A DNA stretch of 64,000 bases from an uncultured Methanosarcinales archaeon (GTDB lineage: Archaea > Nanobdellota > Nanobdellia > Woesearchaeales > JAGWAF01). The stretch covers positions 6,033 to 70,032 of the forward strand of contig CAZQZJ010000001.1 in NCBI GenBank assembly GCA_964597775.1, written 5' to 3'. Of this stretch, positions 19,218 through 28,239 are shown piece after piece (positions within the stretch are counted from its first letter, which is position 1; each line of letters opens with the position of its first letter). Made by a program: the position numbers and the translations under genes. A model generated the notes under the pieces. The model was not told the DNA's origin. It did no database searches and saw nothing but the letters and a program-made list of their open reading frames with translations.

Positions 19218-20282
19218 CTAAGATTCCATGCATGTGCATGTTTCAATCTCTGCTGATTTGCTTAGGTTAGTTCCACATCTATTGGTATCAGTGCATGTAC
19301 GTGTTCGTTCTCTGCTAATAGGGCAAATAAGTGGTTCAAATCCTGTGCAAGTCCAGGATTCAGTGCATGGGATAGTGCAATTTTGTTGTGTTGCTGGTTT
19401 AGTTAGATTGGTTCCACAAGGTGTGTTGTCTGTGCAGTTTTTTGTTTGAAACCCTAAGTTACATGCACCAAATTCTGCGCATGTCCATGACTCATTGCAT
19501 ACGCATTGTTGGAATAACCCTGGTCGATTGTTTGTTGTGTTGCAAATGTTCATATCTGTGCAGTTTCTTGTTTGGCTGTTGATAGATGTGCAAATTCCAA
19601 ATGATTCACATTTCCATAGTTCAGCACATGGTGGAGTGCAAATCTCTTCAATAGCAGGTCTGCTGGCATTTGTTCTGCAATCATTAAGATCAATGCAATG
19701 TTTGTTCTGTATGCCATTAATGCATGTTCCAAGATTTGTGCAACTCCAGGATGGTGTACATGCTGTTTTTGCAAATGCTGTTATGAACATGTCACAGATT
19801 TGGATTTCAACATTGATACTTCCCCCACCAGGAAGGGGAATAGGTTGGCTAGCTGAATCGCGTTCTCCAGGACATGATTCTGGTGCGTCAATACTTCCAA
19901 AACTTCCTTGCGTAATACTTTCTACTTGTGGATTTCCTGTAATTTGGAGATAATATCCTTTTTTGATAGGAACAAGCGTATCCTTAAAGATGCGCTGAAA
20001 ATTACTGCGGGTAAATGCGCACGAGTCAAGGCCTCCACAATTTAAAAGTTGATCACTTGCACAATCTTGGAGAAGTGCGCCAAATGTTTTTTTTTGGCAA
20101 GCTGTGGTTTTAAGTAGGGTGCTTAGAAATGTTGTGGCAAGGCGTTTTTGCTCAAATCCTGCTTTGATGTCTTCTACTGGTTTGTTAATAATAGATAGTG
20201 CAAAGAGTACGCCAATGCTAACCAGGATGACGATAATAGTAAGTCCCATAATCTCCATTTGAGCTTGTTTTCTGTTATGCAT
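19218..20282 (-). CDS. pilin-like protein with class III signal peptide and 4-5 tandem Cys-rich CxESWxC...CTDxNxCGT modules
   Basis: The N-terminus MHNRKQAQMEIMGLTIIVILVSIGVLFALSI is followed by the repeats CTPSWSCTNLGTC..., CAELWKCESFGIC..., CNESWTCAEFGAC..., CTESWTCTGFEPLIC... The C-terminal module is nearly identical to a module inside the neighbouring giant protein. Confidence 0.6.
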   Translation of the reverse strand: MHNRKQAQMEIMGLTIIVILVSIGVLFALSIINKPVEDIKAGFEQKRLATTFLSTLLKTTACQKKTFGALLQDCASDQLLNCGGLDSCAFTRSNFQRIFKDTLVPIKKGYYLQITGNPQVESITQGSFGSIDAPESCPGERDSASQPIPLPGGGSINVEIQICDMFITAFAKTACTPSWSCTNLGTCINGIQNKHCIDLNDCRTNASRPAIEEICTPPCAELWKCESFGICTSINSQTRNCTDMNICNTTNNRPGLFQQCVCNESWTCAEFGACNLGFQTKNCTDNTPCGTNLTKPATQQNCTIPCTESWTCTGFEPLICPISRERTRTCTDTNRCGTNLSKSAEIETCTCMES

Positions 20283-20775
20283 AAATATTCACCTTAAGAA
20301 TAGCGAATTTGTATTTGTCAGTAAGTGGGTCGCGGATGTTGATAGGGATAAATGAGGGCATAATCGAATTTGTTTGAAGTGGTTTTTTTTCATATAAGAT
20401 GGTTATCTTTTTTTCTGGGAAGATTTCTTCTATGCTGACATTAGAATATCCAAAGGTTGAGAAATAATCATCTTTGATAGTCGCATTTTTTCGAAGAAGG
20501 TATGAAAAATTGGCAACTTTATATTCATCAAAGCATGTCTCTACTTGAACTGTTATTTTAGTGCAATCAAGTTCTGGGATAGTTGCAATTTTGTCAGAGA
20601 GTGTAATAGCTCTCTTTTCAAGAACGCGTTCATATTCTTTGGCTGCTTGTGTTTTGGCAACAAGAAAGTAAAATGATAGGCCAAATGCAATAAGGAAAAA
20701 GAAGATAAGAAGTACTGCTATTGTTTCAAACATTTGAATTTGTGCGTGTTTCATCGTTAATAGATTTCTGGGCAT
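20275..20775 (-). CDS. pilin-like protein (class III signal peptide)
   Basis: The N-terminus MPRNLLTMKHAQIQMFETIAVLLIFFFLIAFGLSFYF is a KH(A)Q motif followed by a hydrophobic helix. Confidence 0.5.
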   Translation of the reverse strand: MPRNLLTMKHAQIQMFETIAVLLIFFFLIAFGLSFYFLVAKTQAAKEYERVLEKRAITLSDKIATIPELDCTKITVQVETCFDEYKVANFSYLLRKNATIKDDYFSTFGYSNVSIEEIFPEKKITILYEKKPLQTNSIMPSFIPINIRDPLTDKYKFAILKVNIYA

Positions 20776-21875
20776 GAGCCACCAAAATATTCTTTAGATA
20801 GATTATTAATTTTGTTATAGAAATCAAGAATTTGTGTGCTATCTCTTCTTCGTGCTGCATGTGATAAACTGTTAAGGTTAATTACTACTTGATCATAACC
20901 TAGTTGACAGGTTGGGGTGTTAAGAGCTGCTGCTCTGATTGCATAAAGAGATGCAATGTTTGAAAGTTTATTATAGGCAGTATTCATATTACAGCTATAC
21001 TGGTCAGGGTGTTCGCTAAAAAAAGCTGCGATGAGATCACCTTCATTAATATAAGATGCTGTGATAGGTCCTAAATATTGTCCTCTTTTATTTTTATAAT
21101 AAAATGTTAGCTTTTTTGTTTCAGTATTAACCTCAAGGCAGGATATATCTTTTTCTTCGTTACGAAATTGGTTACATTGTCCACTATCAAAATAGATAAA
21201 CCGCGTTCTACCGCTTGATTGTCTTATGTTTTTTGCTAAGATTGCTGCAGTGCCAGTAGAAATATTAATGTTGATATTCCCTGGAAGAATAGAAAGAATT
21301 CTATCTATTTCTGGCGTCATGTGTGGTACTACAATAACATATTTAATGCGATTATTGGTGATTGCTAAAAAGTTGGTAACACGAAACGGTACTTTCCAAT
21401 CAAAGGCGTAAAGGATCATATTTGGTCCGCGAATAATTGGTGGTGAGAAGATTATAGTCTCTCCAAATGGTTTGTTTACTGCTCCAATGGATAATGTACA
21501 ACTGCAATCTTGTGTGCATGCAAACAGAACGTCGATTTCTGGAAATTCGATAAGTTGAGATGTTCCTTTTGAGGTTGATGCTTTGCTTGATATGGCAGTA
21601 AGATCTGAGATAATGCTTTCTGCTATAGATAGTTCATTTGCTGCCTTTTGTTTTTGGATAAATGCAAAAAAAGTGACTAGAATAATAGCTCCTGCAATAA
21701 GTGTAAAAAGCCAATTAAGTGGTACTTCTAGTTGGCCGCGAGATATTGGTTTGTATTTTTTTCTCTGGGTTCTGCAGGTTTGATGTTGATTAATTCCAAT
21801 TATTTTCATAGTGCTTGTTGTATAATGTTTTAATATGAATAAAATCATTAAGTATGGATTTATAAGAGATTCCAT
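20757..21875 (-). CDS. hypothetical membrane protein within the pilus/adhesin cluster
   Basis: 372 aa with a TM helix (LNWLFTLIAGAIILVTFFAFI). It overlaps both neighbours by 16-19 nt, indicating an operon. Confidence 0.45.
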   Translation of the reverse strand: MESLINPYLMILFILKHYTTSTMKIIGINQHQTCRTQRKKYKPISRGQLEVPLNWLFTLIAGAIILVTFFAFIQKQKAANELSIAESIISDLTAISSKASTSKGTSQLIEFPEIDVLFACTQDCSCTLSIGAVNKPFGETIIFSPPIIRGPNMILYAFDWKVPFRVTNFLAITNNRIKYVIVVPHMTPEIDRILSILPGNININISTGTAAILAKNIRQSSGRTRFIYFDSGQCNQFRNEEKDISCLEVNTETKKLTFYYKNKRGQYLGPITASYINEGDLIAAFFSEHPDQYSCNMNTAYNKLSNIASLYAIRAAALNTPTCQLGYDQVVINLNSLSHAARRRDSTQILDFYNKINNLSKEYFGGSCPEIY

Positions 21876-22375
21876 CTGCTAATCTTAGTACGATCTCCTA
21901 ATCCTTCAAGACGGAGTGATATAGTGGATGACTCAATTTTCTCAAAGCAAAGGAATTCAGGTGGGTCAATATCAATTGTTCCTATATTAATTGGTGTTTC
22001 AGAAAGTGGTTTTAAAAAGACATTTTGGTCTGCTCCGCTTGCTACTGCATCTGCCATGCGTGCGCTAATATTATAAAGTGGTTCAAGAGCTTTTTGGTTT
22101 CCTGTTGTTTGTGAGAGAAGGTCTTGTGTGTCGATAAAGCATATAGATGTGTATCCTGGACAGACTGACAAGTCTAGTTTTCGAACGCTTCCAAAGCTTG
22201 CACGAACTCGTTCAACTTGATTTTTAAGTGTGTTTTCCATATCAATAAGGCATACCTCTGATTTGACTGCTTGAAGTTTGCTAATTGCATTGTAGCCGTA
22301 AATAAGGATCATTGAGAATATGATTGCTCCAAGTACAAAGAGTAGTGCTTGTCCAATGACCTGGCCTTGTTTCAT
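21860..22375 (-). CDS. pilin-like protein (class III signal peptide)
   Basis: MKQGQVIGQALLFVLGAIIFSMILIYGY: KQGQ followed by a hydrophobic helix. Confidence 0.55.
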   Translation of the reverse strand: MKQGQVIGQALLFVLGAIIFSMILIYGYNAISKLQAVKSEVCLIDMENTLKNQVERVRASFGSVRKLDLSVCPGYTSICFIDTQDLLSQTTGNQKALEPLYNISARMADAVASGADQNVFLKPLSETPINIGTIDIDPPEFLCFEKIESSTISLRLEGLGDRTKISRWNLL

Positions 22376-25300
22376 TATGTTTTCTTTGTTCTTTTAAGTG
22401 TAGTTTGGGGCCTGAGCCATAATTCAGATTGTTTTTGGATCTTGTCTTTATTTTTTTCCCAATATGCTGCTGTAATGCGTAATTTTTTAAAGAGTTTTTC
22501 GCGCTCTTTTGCAGTTAATTTGCCTTGGCGAAGTAATGAGAGTTTTTCCTGGATATCTTTACGTTCCTCAGTTGTGAATCTTGAGAATGCTATTTCTTGT
22601 AGTGGTGTTAGTTGTGGTTGGTCTTTTTCTTGTGATTTTCTGAGTTGTGAAAAGATTGGGGATTCATGTTCTTCCATAGTTTTGGTAAGGTTGTCAAGTG
22701 TTTGGTATTCAATCTCTGTTTCTTTTTTCTTTGGTTGCTTTTCTAATGGTAAGGATTTGATATCTCGTTGAGCTGTTTGAATTGGTGTTTCTCCAGTAAT
22801 TTTTAGGACTGGTTTTGGTTGTTGTTGTATAATTCGTGGCATTGGTAGCGTACTGGTTTGTTTTCGTTGAGTATACCAATAATATGATCCAATTCCTCCA
22901 AGAAGTAGGAGGGCGATGATTGTTCCCCATAATGGCCAGTTAATAAGAGGAACTGAAAGCACGTTTGTTGGATCTGATCCAGCGCGAAGTTCTTTGCCGT
23001 CATTATATCCATCTCCGTCAGTGTCAGAATTTTGTGGGTCGATAAATCTGTTTTTTTCATGAAAGTATTTGTATTCTTCAAGATTGGTTAAGCCGTCTCC
23101 ATCTGGGTCAGATTTAGCATCATCTGAATTTTGTGGGTCAAGGCCATACTTCTTTTCAAAAAAGTCAGGAATGCCATCACCATCACTATCTTGTGGTGTT
23201 GAAGTGTCATCAACTGCATTGCTTCCTGCTTGGCTCTCTTCATAATCACTAAATCCGTCATTATCAGTATCTTTTTTATGAGGATCTATGTCCTGGCCTG
23301 TTTCCTTAAAATGGTTGTACTCTTCAAGGTTAGTCATTCCATCTTCATCAGGATCTGCAGTTGCGTCGTTTGCATCTTTTGGGTCAAGGCCATGTCGTTG
23401 TTCATACTCATCAGGTATGCCGTCAAGATCTGTGTCTTTTCCTCCAGCTCCTGGATAGTCATTTTCATTAGTAGGGTCTGTTCCAGCATTGATTTCATCT
23501 TTATCAGAAAATCCGTCTCCGTCAGTATCTTTTTTGTTAGGATTAATCTCTTTGCCAGTTTCTTTAAGGTATTTATATTCGTCAAGATTGGTTAGGCCAT
23601 CTCCATCAGGGTCTTCTTTAGCATCTGCATTATTATTTGGATCAAGTCCGTGTCTTTTTTCCCAGTCATCAGGCATGCCATCCTGATCACTGTCTTGATT
23701 GGTTGGTTTTGATTTGGGATCCAAAGGATCTGTGCCAACACCTATCTCAAGGCCGTCTGGTGCCTCATCTCCATCAGTGTCTCGTTTTTGGGGATCGATC
23801 TCTTTGCCAGTTTTTTTAAAGTATTGGTATTCTTCATCATTGGTAAGTCCATCGCCATCTGGGTCTTCTCCTGCATCAGGAACAGATGGGTTAAGATTGT
23901 GGCGGCGTTCATAATCATCAGGAATGCCGTCACCATCACTGTCCTTATTTTTGTCAACACATGTCTTGATGTCATTACTTCCACTGCTCTGACAGCTTAG
24001 TCCAGTTGCGCAGTCAGTGGAAGTGCTGCATTGCTTGCCTTCAATGCATTTGCTTGGGCATGCTCCTCCACAGTCTATATCACTTTCTCCACTGTCCAGT
24101 GCTTTGTTTTGGCATGGTGCTGGTTCTTGGCATATGCCTCTTTGTCCGCAGAATCCTGTGGAACAATCAGTATTGGAAATGCATGTCTTATTTGTGTTGC
24201 ATGTTGGACAGGTTCTGCCGCAATCAATATCAGTTTCATTGCCATTCTTAAGATTGTCATTACAGCTAGGAATGCCACAAATATTATGATCACATGATAC
24301 ACTAGTGCAATCACTATTTGATTTACATTTCTTTCCATCTTCGCAAGGAGTACAGCTGCCTCCGCAGTCAAGTGCTGTTTCTGTTCCATCTGTTTTGTTA
24401 TTAATGCATGTTGCAGGTCGCACGCTTGTATCAACAAGAATGCCATCAGATGCTAGAAAAGTTGAGTTTCGTTCTACAAAGTCTACTGCGCGTACATCAA
24501 AAAAGTAGCGTGTCTGGTTAGTTAGTTGAAGTCCGGTGATAATAACCTCTTTTTCTGGGTTGTTGTCTGCTGTGAGATTCTTTATTATCTTATTATTCTG
24601 ATCCCTAATTTGATATTCGTATCTGCGAACCCCAGAATCAGGGTCTGAACCATTGTAGATAACGCGTAGGCGATCCCGATCTGCAGTGAGTTGTGGGTTA
24701 GAGGATAGTGCATCATCTCGAACAAAGATCATGCGTGGTGGTTGTGTGTCAATGCCAAAAGGTGTTTGAATTGCTGCATTTTCTGGTTGTCCTCCAATGA
24801 CTGTTGCGCCGCCAGTTCTGCAAGTTGTATTAACAATATGTTTGCCTGGGCTAAATATCTGAGTAAGGAGGTGATTTTGAGTGAGTTGTCTTTCAACAAA
24901 AAGAAGTGTTTCATCACCAGTATAAGAACAGAGGCTATCTTTATTTGAGCCAATGGATATTATTGCACTCTCGCCTGCAAAGATTGTGTTTGGTGGTGTG
25001 TTGTCTTGCAGTTTAAATGTGGTGCTGGAATCTACTCTAAATGTTGTTTGTGCAGCAATTGGTCCAAGTCCTGATGCGCTTTTGCACGAAATAAAAAAAG
25101 TATAGGCGCTAAGTTGTGGAACCTCGATCTCAGCATTGTGTGTGGTGCTTGCAATAAGGTTAAATCCTGGGAAATTATGTTCCATGTTATCAAATTGGTT
25201 TGTGTTGTTTGAGAATTTGCAAAAAGTGTCTATGTTAGTTGTTGCTTTGAGTGTTGTCTTAAATGGACGTTGGATAATCGGGTTTGGATCTGCAAAAAAT

Positions 25301-28212
25301 TTTGTGATGACCGGAGGTTGATCTTGGACAATGAGGGTGAAATCCTCTCTTGTGTCCCTATTTTGGTTGTCTTTGCAACGGATAAGAAGAGGGAATCGTT
25401 TGTTTCTATTTTGTGGTCCGGAGATTATTTCATTGAAATTGAATTTGGTGTGGTGTACCCCGCTTGTTGTGTCAAACTCTTGCCATGATGTAAAATCTGT
25501 AGGAACAAAGACGCCAGGATTAAATAAGTATCTGCATGTGCTTTGAAAAAGTGTGTCTGCTAAAACATCAAAGGTAAAGTTTGGAGATGCTCCAAAAGGT
25601 GGTAGGACAAGTCTGATAGGGCTTGGATTTGCTGATACTATAAAATTAATATTAAATGTAAAGCGGTTTGCTGCAAGATCAGATCCTTTGATAACAAATG
25701 AGTTTGGTCCGTCAATGAGTTTGAGCAGTGCTGTATATATCCTATTTTGATTTGCAGAAGTGAAATTGGTTGTAAGTGATGTTTCTTCTATTCTACTGTT
25801 AAATAAATCAACAACCTGGTGAAGATTTGTTATGTTTTCAATAATAACTGGTTCTGTGAAATTGAGTAGGATGGTGTTTACTGATTTATTAAGTAGTGCT
25901 CCTTCAAGTGGTATAAGATTGGCAAAGGCGTTAATGCGTGGAGGTGTCAGATCTACAATAATACTGGTCAAATCAGACGTGTCCATTGGTGTGCCTTGGG
26001 TGTCACTTCCAAATACCTTAAAAGTGTAGCTTCCTTCGTTTAATGTTTGAATTGGAGAATATGTGAAATTGGTATTTGGAACAATGAGATTTTGTTGCGC
26101 ACCTATAATACGGCTAGGTGTTGATTGGATAAATTGTGAAACAGAGACTTGTGTGTTTTCGTTAAATGCAATGTTAATCTGTGGATTTGGATCGCTTGTA
26201 TGAAAGATGTTTCCAATCTTAATTGATTTGCTCACGTTTTTAGCATCTTGAAGAACAACTGGTCCTTGGCAGGATTTGCATGCAGTAAATGAAAATGTTT
26301 TTATTACCTCAAGATTATGATTAGGGTCTTCGCTAAAAAATCTGATGTTGTTTGTTCCCTCAGAAAGCTGTGCTTTAAACTCTTGCCCATCATTAAGTCC
26401 TAGATCATTAAGTAGAAGGTTGTCACTGGTGGTAGTTAGTGATGGTGTACATGGTTCTTTTCCCTCTGCAAACACACAGTACGTGGTTGGATTTAATTTT
26501 CCTGGAACCACTGCTTGAGTTGTTGTTGCATTAAAACGATCAAGCCTTGTGATATTAAGCGCATCAACTCTGCTTGGATTAAAATTACTAATTGAGATTA
26601 TAATGGTTTCTGGTGGAAAGTAATCAAGCTCGCAAGCGCGTGTTATACCACTTGAAAACCCGCTGCAGTCTCTAAAATCTCCTGGTGCATCGTCTATGGC
26701 ATTGGCATTTTTTGCGCATCTGTGTTGATCATTGAAGTCACAAACGCCAATATTGCATGGGTCAGAACTGCGAATGGTGATTTGGTTAAGATTGTTTTTT
26801 TGGATACCGACATTAGGTGCTGCGCATTCCTCTTTTGTATAATCTGGGCAGCTCACATCTTTGCAGCTTCTGCTTTTTTGGTCTTGGTTGCTAAAAAAGC
26901 ATGGGAATTTAGGTGTTGATAATGCCTCACTTCTTTCCTTTGTGCATGTATCAAAGATTTTGTTATTTACATCAAGGTTAGGTGCAAATGCAGTGCCGTT
27001 TACTTCGCATAAAAAGCAATTGTTTTGTTCAGTGTTAATGCAAACCCCAATTCCTATTGCTACAAAGACGTCCTTCCACTGGCAATTTTTGATACCGCAA
27101 TTATCTCTTGTGCATGTGTCTTTGCTTTTATAATCAAGGCATGCAAGATCTGATCTGCAAGGAAAGCAAAAGTCTATGAGTCGTGCGCTTTTATCATAAA
27201 AACAATATCTTGGATTTGTTGTCGCTCCTTCACATGCTTCAATAGAGATATTAAGCCCGAAATGTTGTGGAGAAACATTGCTGCATGGGTCTCTTTGAGT
27301 GCATTGTGGTGTGTTTTGGCGAACAATGCAGGTAGTTTCTGATGAGCATCGCAGGCGTTGCACAAGCAGATTCCTATCGGTGCAGGTGTATGCTGTGTTT
27401 GTTTTTGAAAAAAAGGTAATAGCAACCTGATCTTTGAATGCTTTTCTAAATTTGTCTGCAGTAGCTGGGGGAAGATACCCAAACTGTTTAAGATAGAATT
27501 CTTGTTCTTGGGTAGTGTAAAAACCAAGGCTAAGGCAGAATGGATCGCTGGTTGTTTTTCCATCGCATTCAAGATCTCCGCTGTATACTGTAGTTAGGGT
27601 AGGAACACTATTCCCAATGCCTTTGTATTGTGTGATGATTTGGTAGGTGTAGTTGTGATTATATTCAAGATTAGGATCAGCGTCAATAAACCCATTTTCA
27701 TTTCCAGAAATTACTCTGCTTGTGCTAAGATCGCGTTCTGTGCAAACGTTTCCAGAACATCGTGCAACTGAAAATGAATTGACAAATGAGGTGCAATTGG
27801 ATTTCCATGTAAGCTCGATTTCACGTTTTCCTTTAATTGGTGTAGAGGTTAGTTCAAAGACAGGTGGTTTAAAATCTGGATTTCCGCACACAAAGCTAAC
27901 ATTGATAAGTTCAGGAACCACGGTTGCAGTTTTGCATGCTTGCAAACAGATTTCTGAAAGTTTTACTGGTGGTGTGATATTTGTTGGCTGTACAAATGTG
28001 AAGTTTCGAGCTGTATCACATTTTGTTTCTTCAAGAAGAGATCCACTCTGTGCTGTACCATTAGAAAGGCAACAGCAGCCATTTCTTACTGCTGCAGAAC
28101 CAAACATTGGAAAGAGTAGTAGTAAGATGCTTACTAAAAAGAGTGTAATAAGAACTAATGTTCCTGATTTAATGTGCTGTTTTTTCTCTTGTTTTCTTGC
28201 TTCCATAGTCAT
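22375..28212 (-). CDS. giant (about 1945 aa) cell-surface protein: N-terminal signal, Ig/PKD-like and Cys-knot modules, about 10 thrombospondin-type-3 Ca-binding repeats, C-terminal TM anchor and charged cytoplasmic tail
   Basis: The N-terminus is LVLITLFLVSILLLLFPMFGSAAV. Repeated DxDxDG motifs are present (DSDGDGIPDDYE, DTDGDEAPDG, DPDGDGLTNLEEYKYL, DTDGDGFSDKDE, DTDNDGFSDYEE, DTDGDGYNDGKE). Cys-rich modules include CGGSCTPCEDGKKCKSNSDCTSVSC. The C-terminal TM is WPLWGTIIALLLLGGIGSYYWY. Confidence 0.7.
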   Translation of the reverse strand: MTMEARKQEKKQHIKSGTLVLITLFLVSILLLLFPMFGSAAVRNGCCCLSNGTAQSGSLLEETKCDTARNFTFVQPTNITPPVKLSEICLQACKTATVVPELINVSFVCGNPDFKPPVFELTSTPIKGKREIELTWKSNCTSFVNSFSVARCSGNVCTERDLSTSRVISGNENGFIDADPNLEYNHNYTYQIITQYKGIGNSVPTLTTVYSGDLECDGKTTSDPFCLSLGFYTTQEQEFYLKQFGYLPPATADKFRKAFKDQVAITFFSKTNTAYTCTDRNLLVQRLRCSSETTCIVRQNTPQCTQRDPCSNVSPQHFGLNISIEACEGATTNPRYCFYDKSARLIDFCFPCRSDLACLDYKSKDTCTRDNCGIKNCQWKDVFVAIGIGVCINTEQNNCFLCEVNGTAFAPNLDVNNKIFDTCTKERSEALSTPKFPCFFSNQDQKSRSCKDVSCPDYTKEECAAPNVGIQKNNLNQITIRSSDPCNIGVCDFNDQHRCAKNANAIDDAPGDFRDCSGFSSGITRACELDYFPPETIIISISNFNPSRVDALNITRLDRFNATTTQAVVPGKLNPTTYCVFAEGKEPCTPSLTTTSDNLLLNDLGLNDGQEFKAQLSEGTNNIRFFSEDPNHNLEVIKTFSFTACKSCQGPVVLQDAKNVSKSIKIGNIFHTSDPNPQINIAFNENTQVSVSQFIQSTPSRIIGAQQNLIVPNTNFTYSPIQTLNEGSYTFKVFGSDTQGTPMDTSDLTSIIVDLTPPRINAFANLIPLEGALLNKSVNTILLNFTEPVIIENITNLHQVVDLFNSRIEETSLTTNFTSANQNRIYTALLKLIDGPNSFVIKGSDLAANRFTFNINFIVSANPSPIRLVLPPFGASPNFTFDVLADTLFQSTCRYLFNPGVFVPTDFTSWQEFDTTSGVHHTKFNFNEIISGPQNRNKRFPLLIRCKDNQNRDTREDFTLIVQDQPPVITKFFADPNPIIQRPFKTTLKATTNIDTFCKFSNNTNQFDNMEHNFPGFNLIASTTHNAEIEVPQLSAYTFFISCKSASGLGPIAAQTTFRVDSSTTFKLQDNTPPNTIFAGESAIISIGSNKDSLCSYTGDETLLFVERQLTQNHLLTQIFSPGKHIVNTTCRTGGATVIGGQPENAAIQTPFGIDTQPPRMIFVRDDALSSNPQLTADRDRLRVIYNGSDPDSGVRRYEYQIRDQNNKIIKNLTADNNPEKEVIITGLQLTNQTRYFFDVRAVDFVERNSTFLASDGILVDTSVRPATCINNKTDGTETALDCGGSCTPCEDGKKCKSNSDCTSVSCDHNICGIPSCNDNLKNGNETDIDCGRTCPTCNTNKTCISNTDCSTGFCGQRGICQEPAPCQNKALDSGESDIDCGGACPSKCIEGKQCSTSTDCATGLSCQSSGSNDIKTCVDKNKDSDGDGIPDDYERRHNLNPSVPDAGEDPDGDGLTNDEEYQYFKKTGKEIDPQKRDTDGDEAPDGLEIGVGTDPLDPKSKPTNQDSDQDGMPDDWEKRHGLDPNNNADAKEDPDGDGLTNLDEYKYLKETGKEINPNKKDTDGDGFSDKDEINAGTDPTNENDYPGAGGKDTDLDGIPDEYEQRHGLDPKDANDATADPDEDGMTNLEEYNHFKETGQDIDPHKKDTDNDGFSDYEESQAGSNAVDDTSTPQDSDGDGIPDFFEKKYGLDPQNSDDAKSDPDGDGLTNLEEYKYFHEKNRFIDPQNSDTDGDGYNDGKELRAGSDPTNVLSVPLINWPLWGTIIALLLLGGIGSYYWYTQRKQTSTLPMPRIIQQQPKPVLKITGETPIQTAQRDIKSLPLEKQPKKKETEIEYQTLDNLTKTMEEHESPIFSQLRKSQEKDQPQLTPLQEIAFSRFTTEERKDIQEKLSLLRQGKLTAKEREKLFKKLRITAAYWEKNKDKIQKQSELWLRPQTTLKRTKKT

Positions 28213-28239
28213 TAATAAAAAAGGTACAATTATCTTTTT

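Noticed and set aside
19207-19218. Possibility that the 354-aa Cys-module gene and the 2069-aa gene are one frameshifted gene
   Set aside because: A clean TAG stop is followed by a 10-nt gap and a new signal-peptide-like N-terminus (MKKNKILSG...hydrophobic). The frames differ and each product has its own N-terminal export signal.
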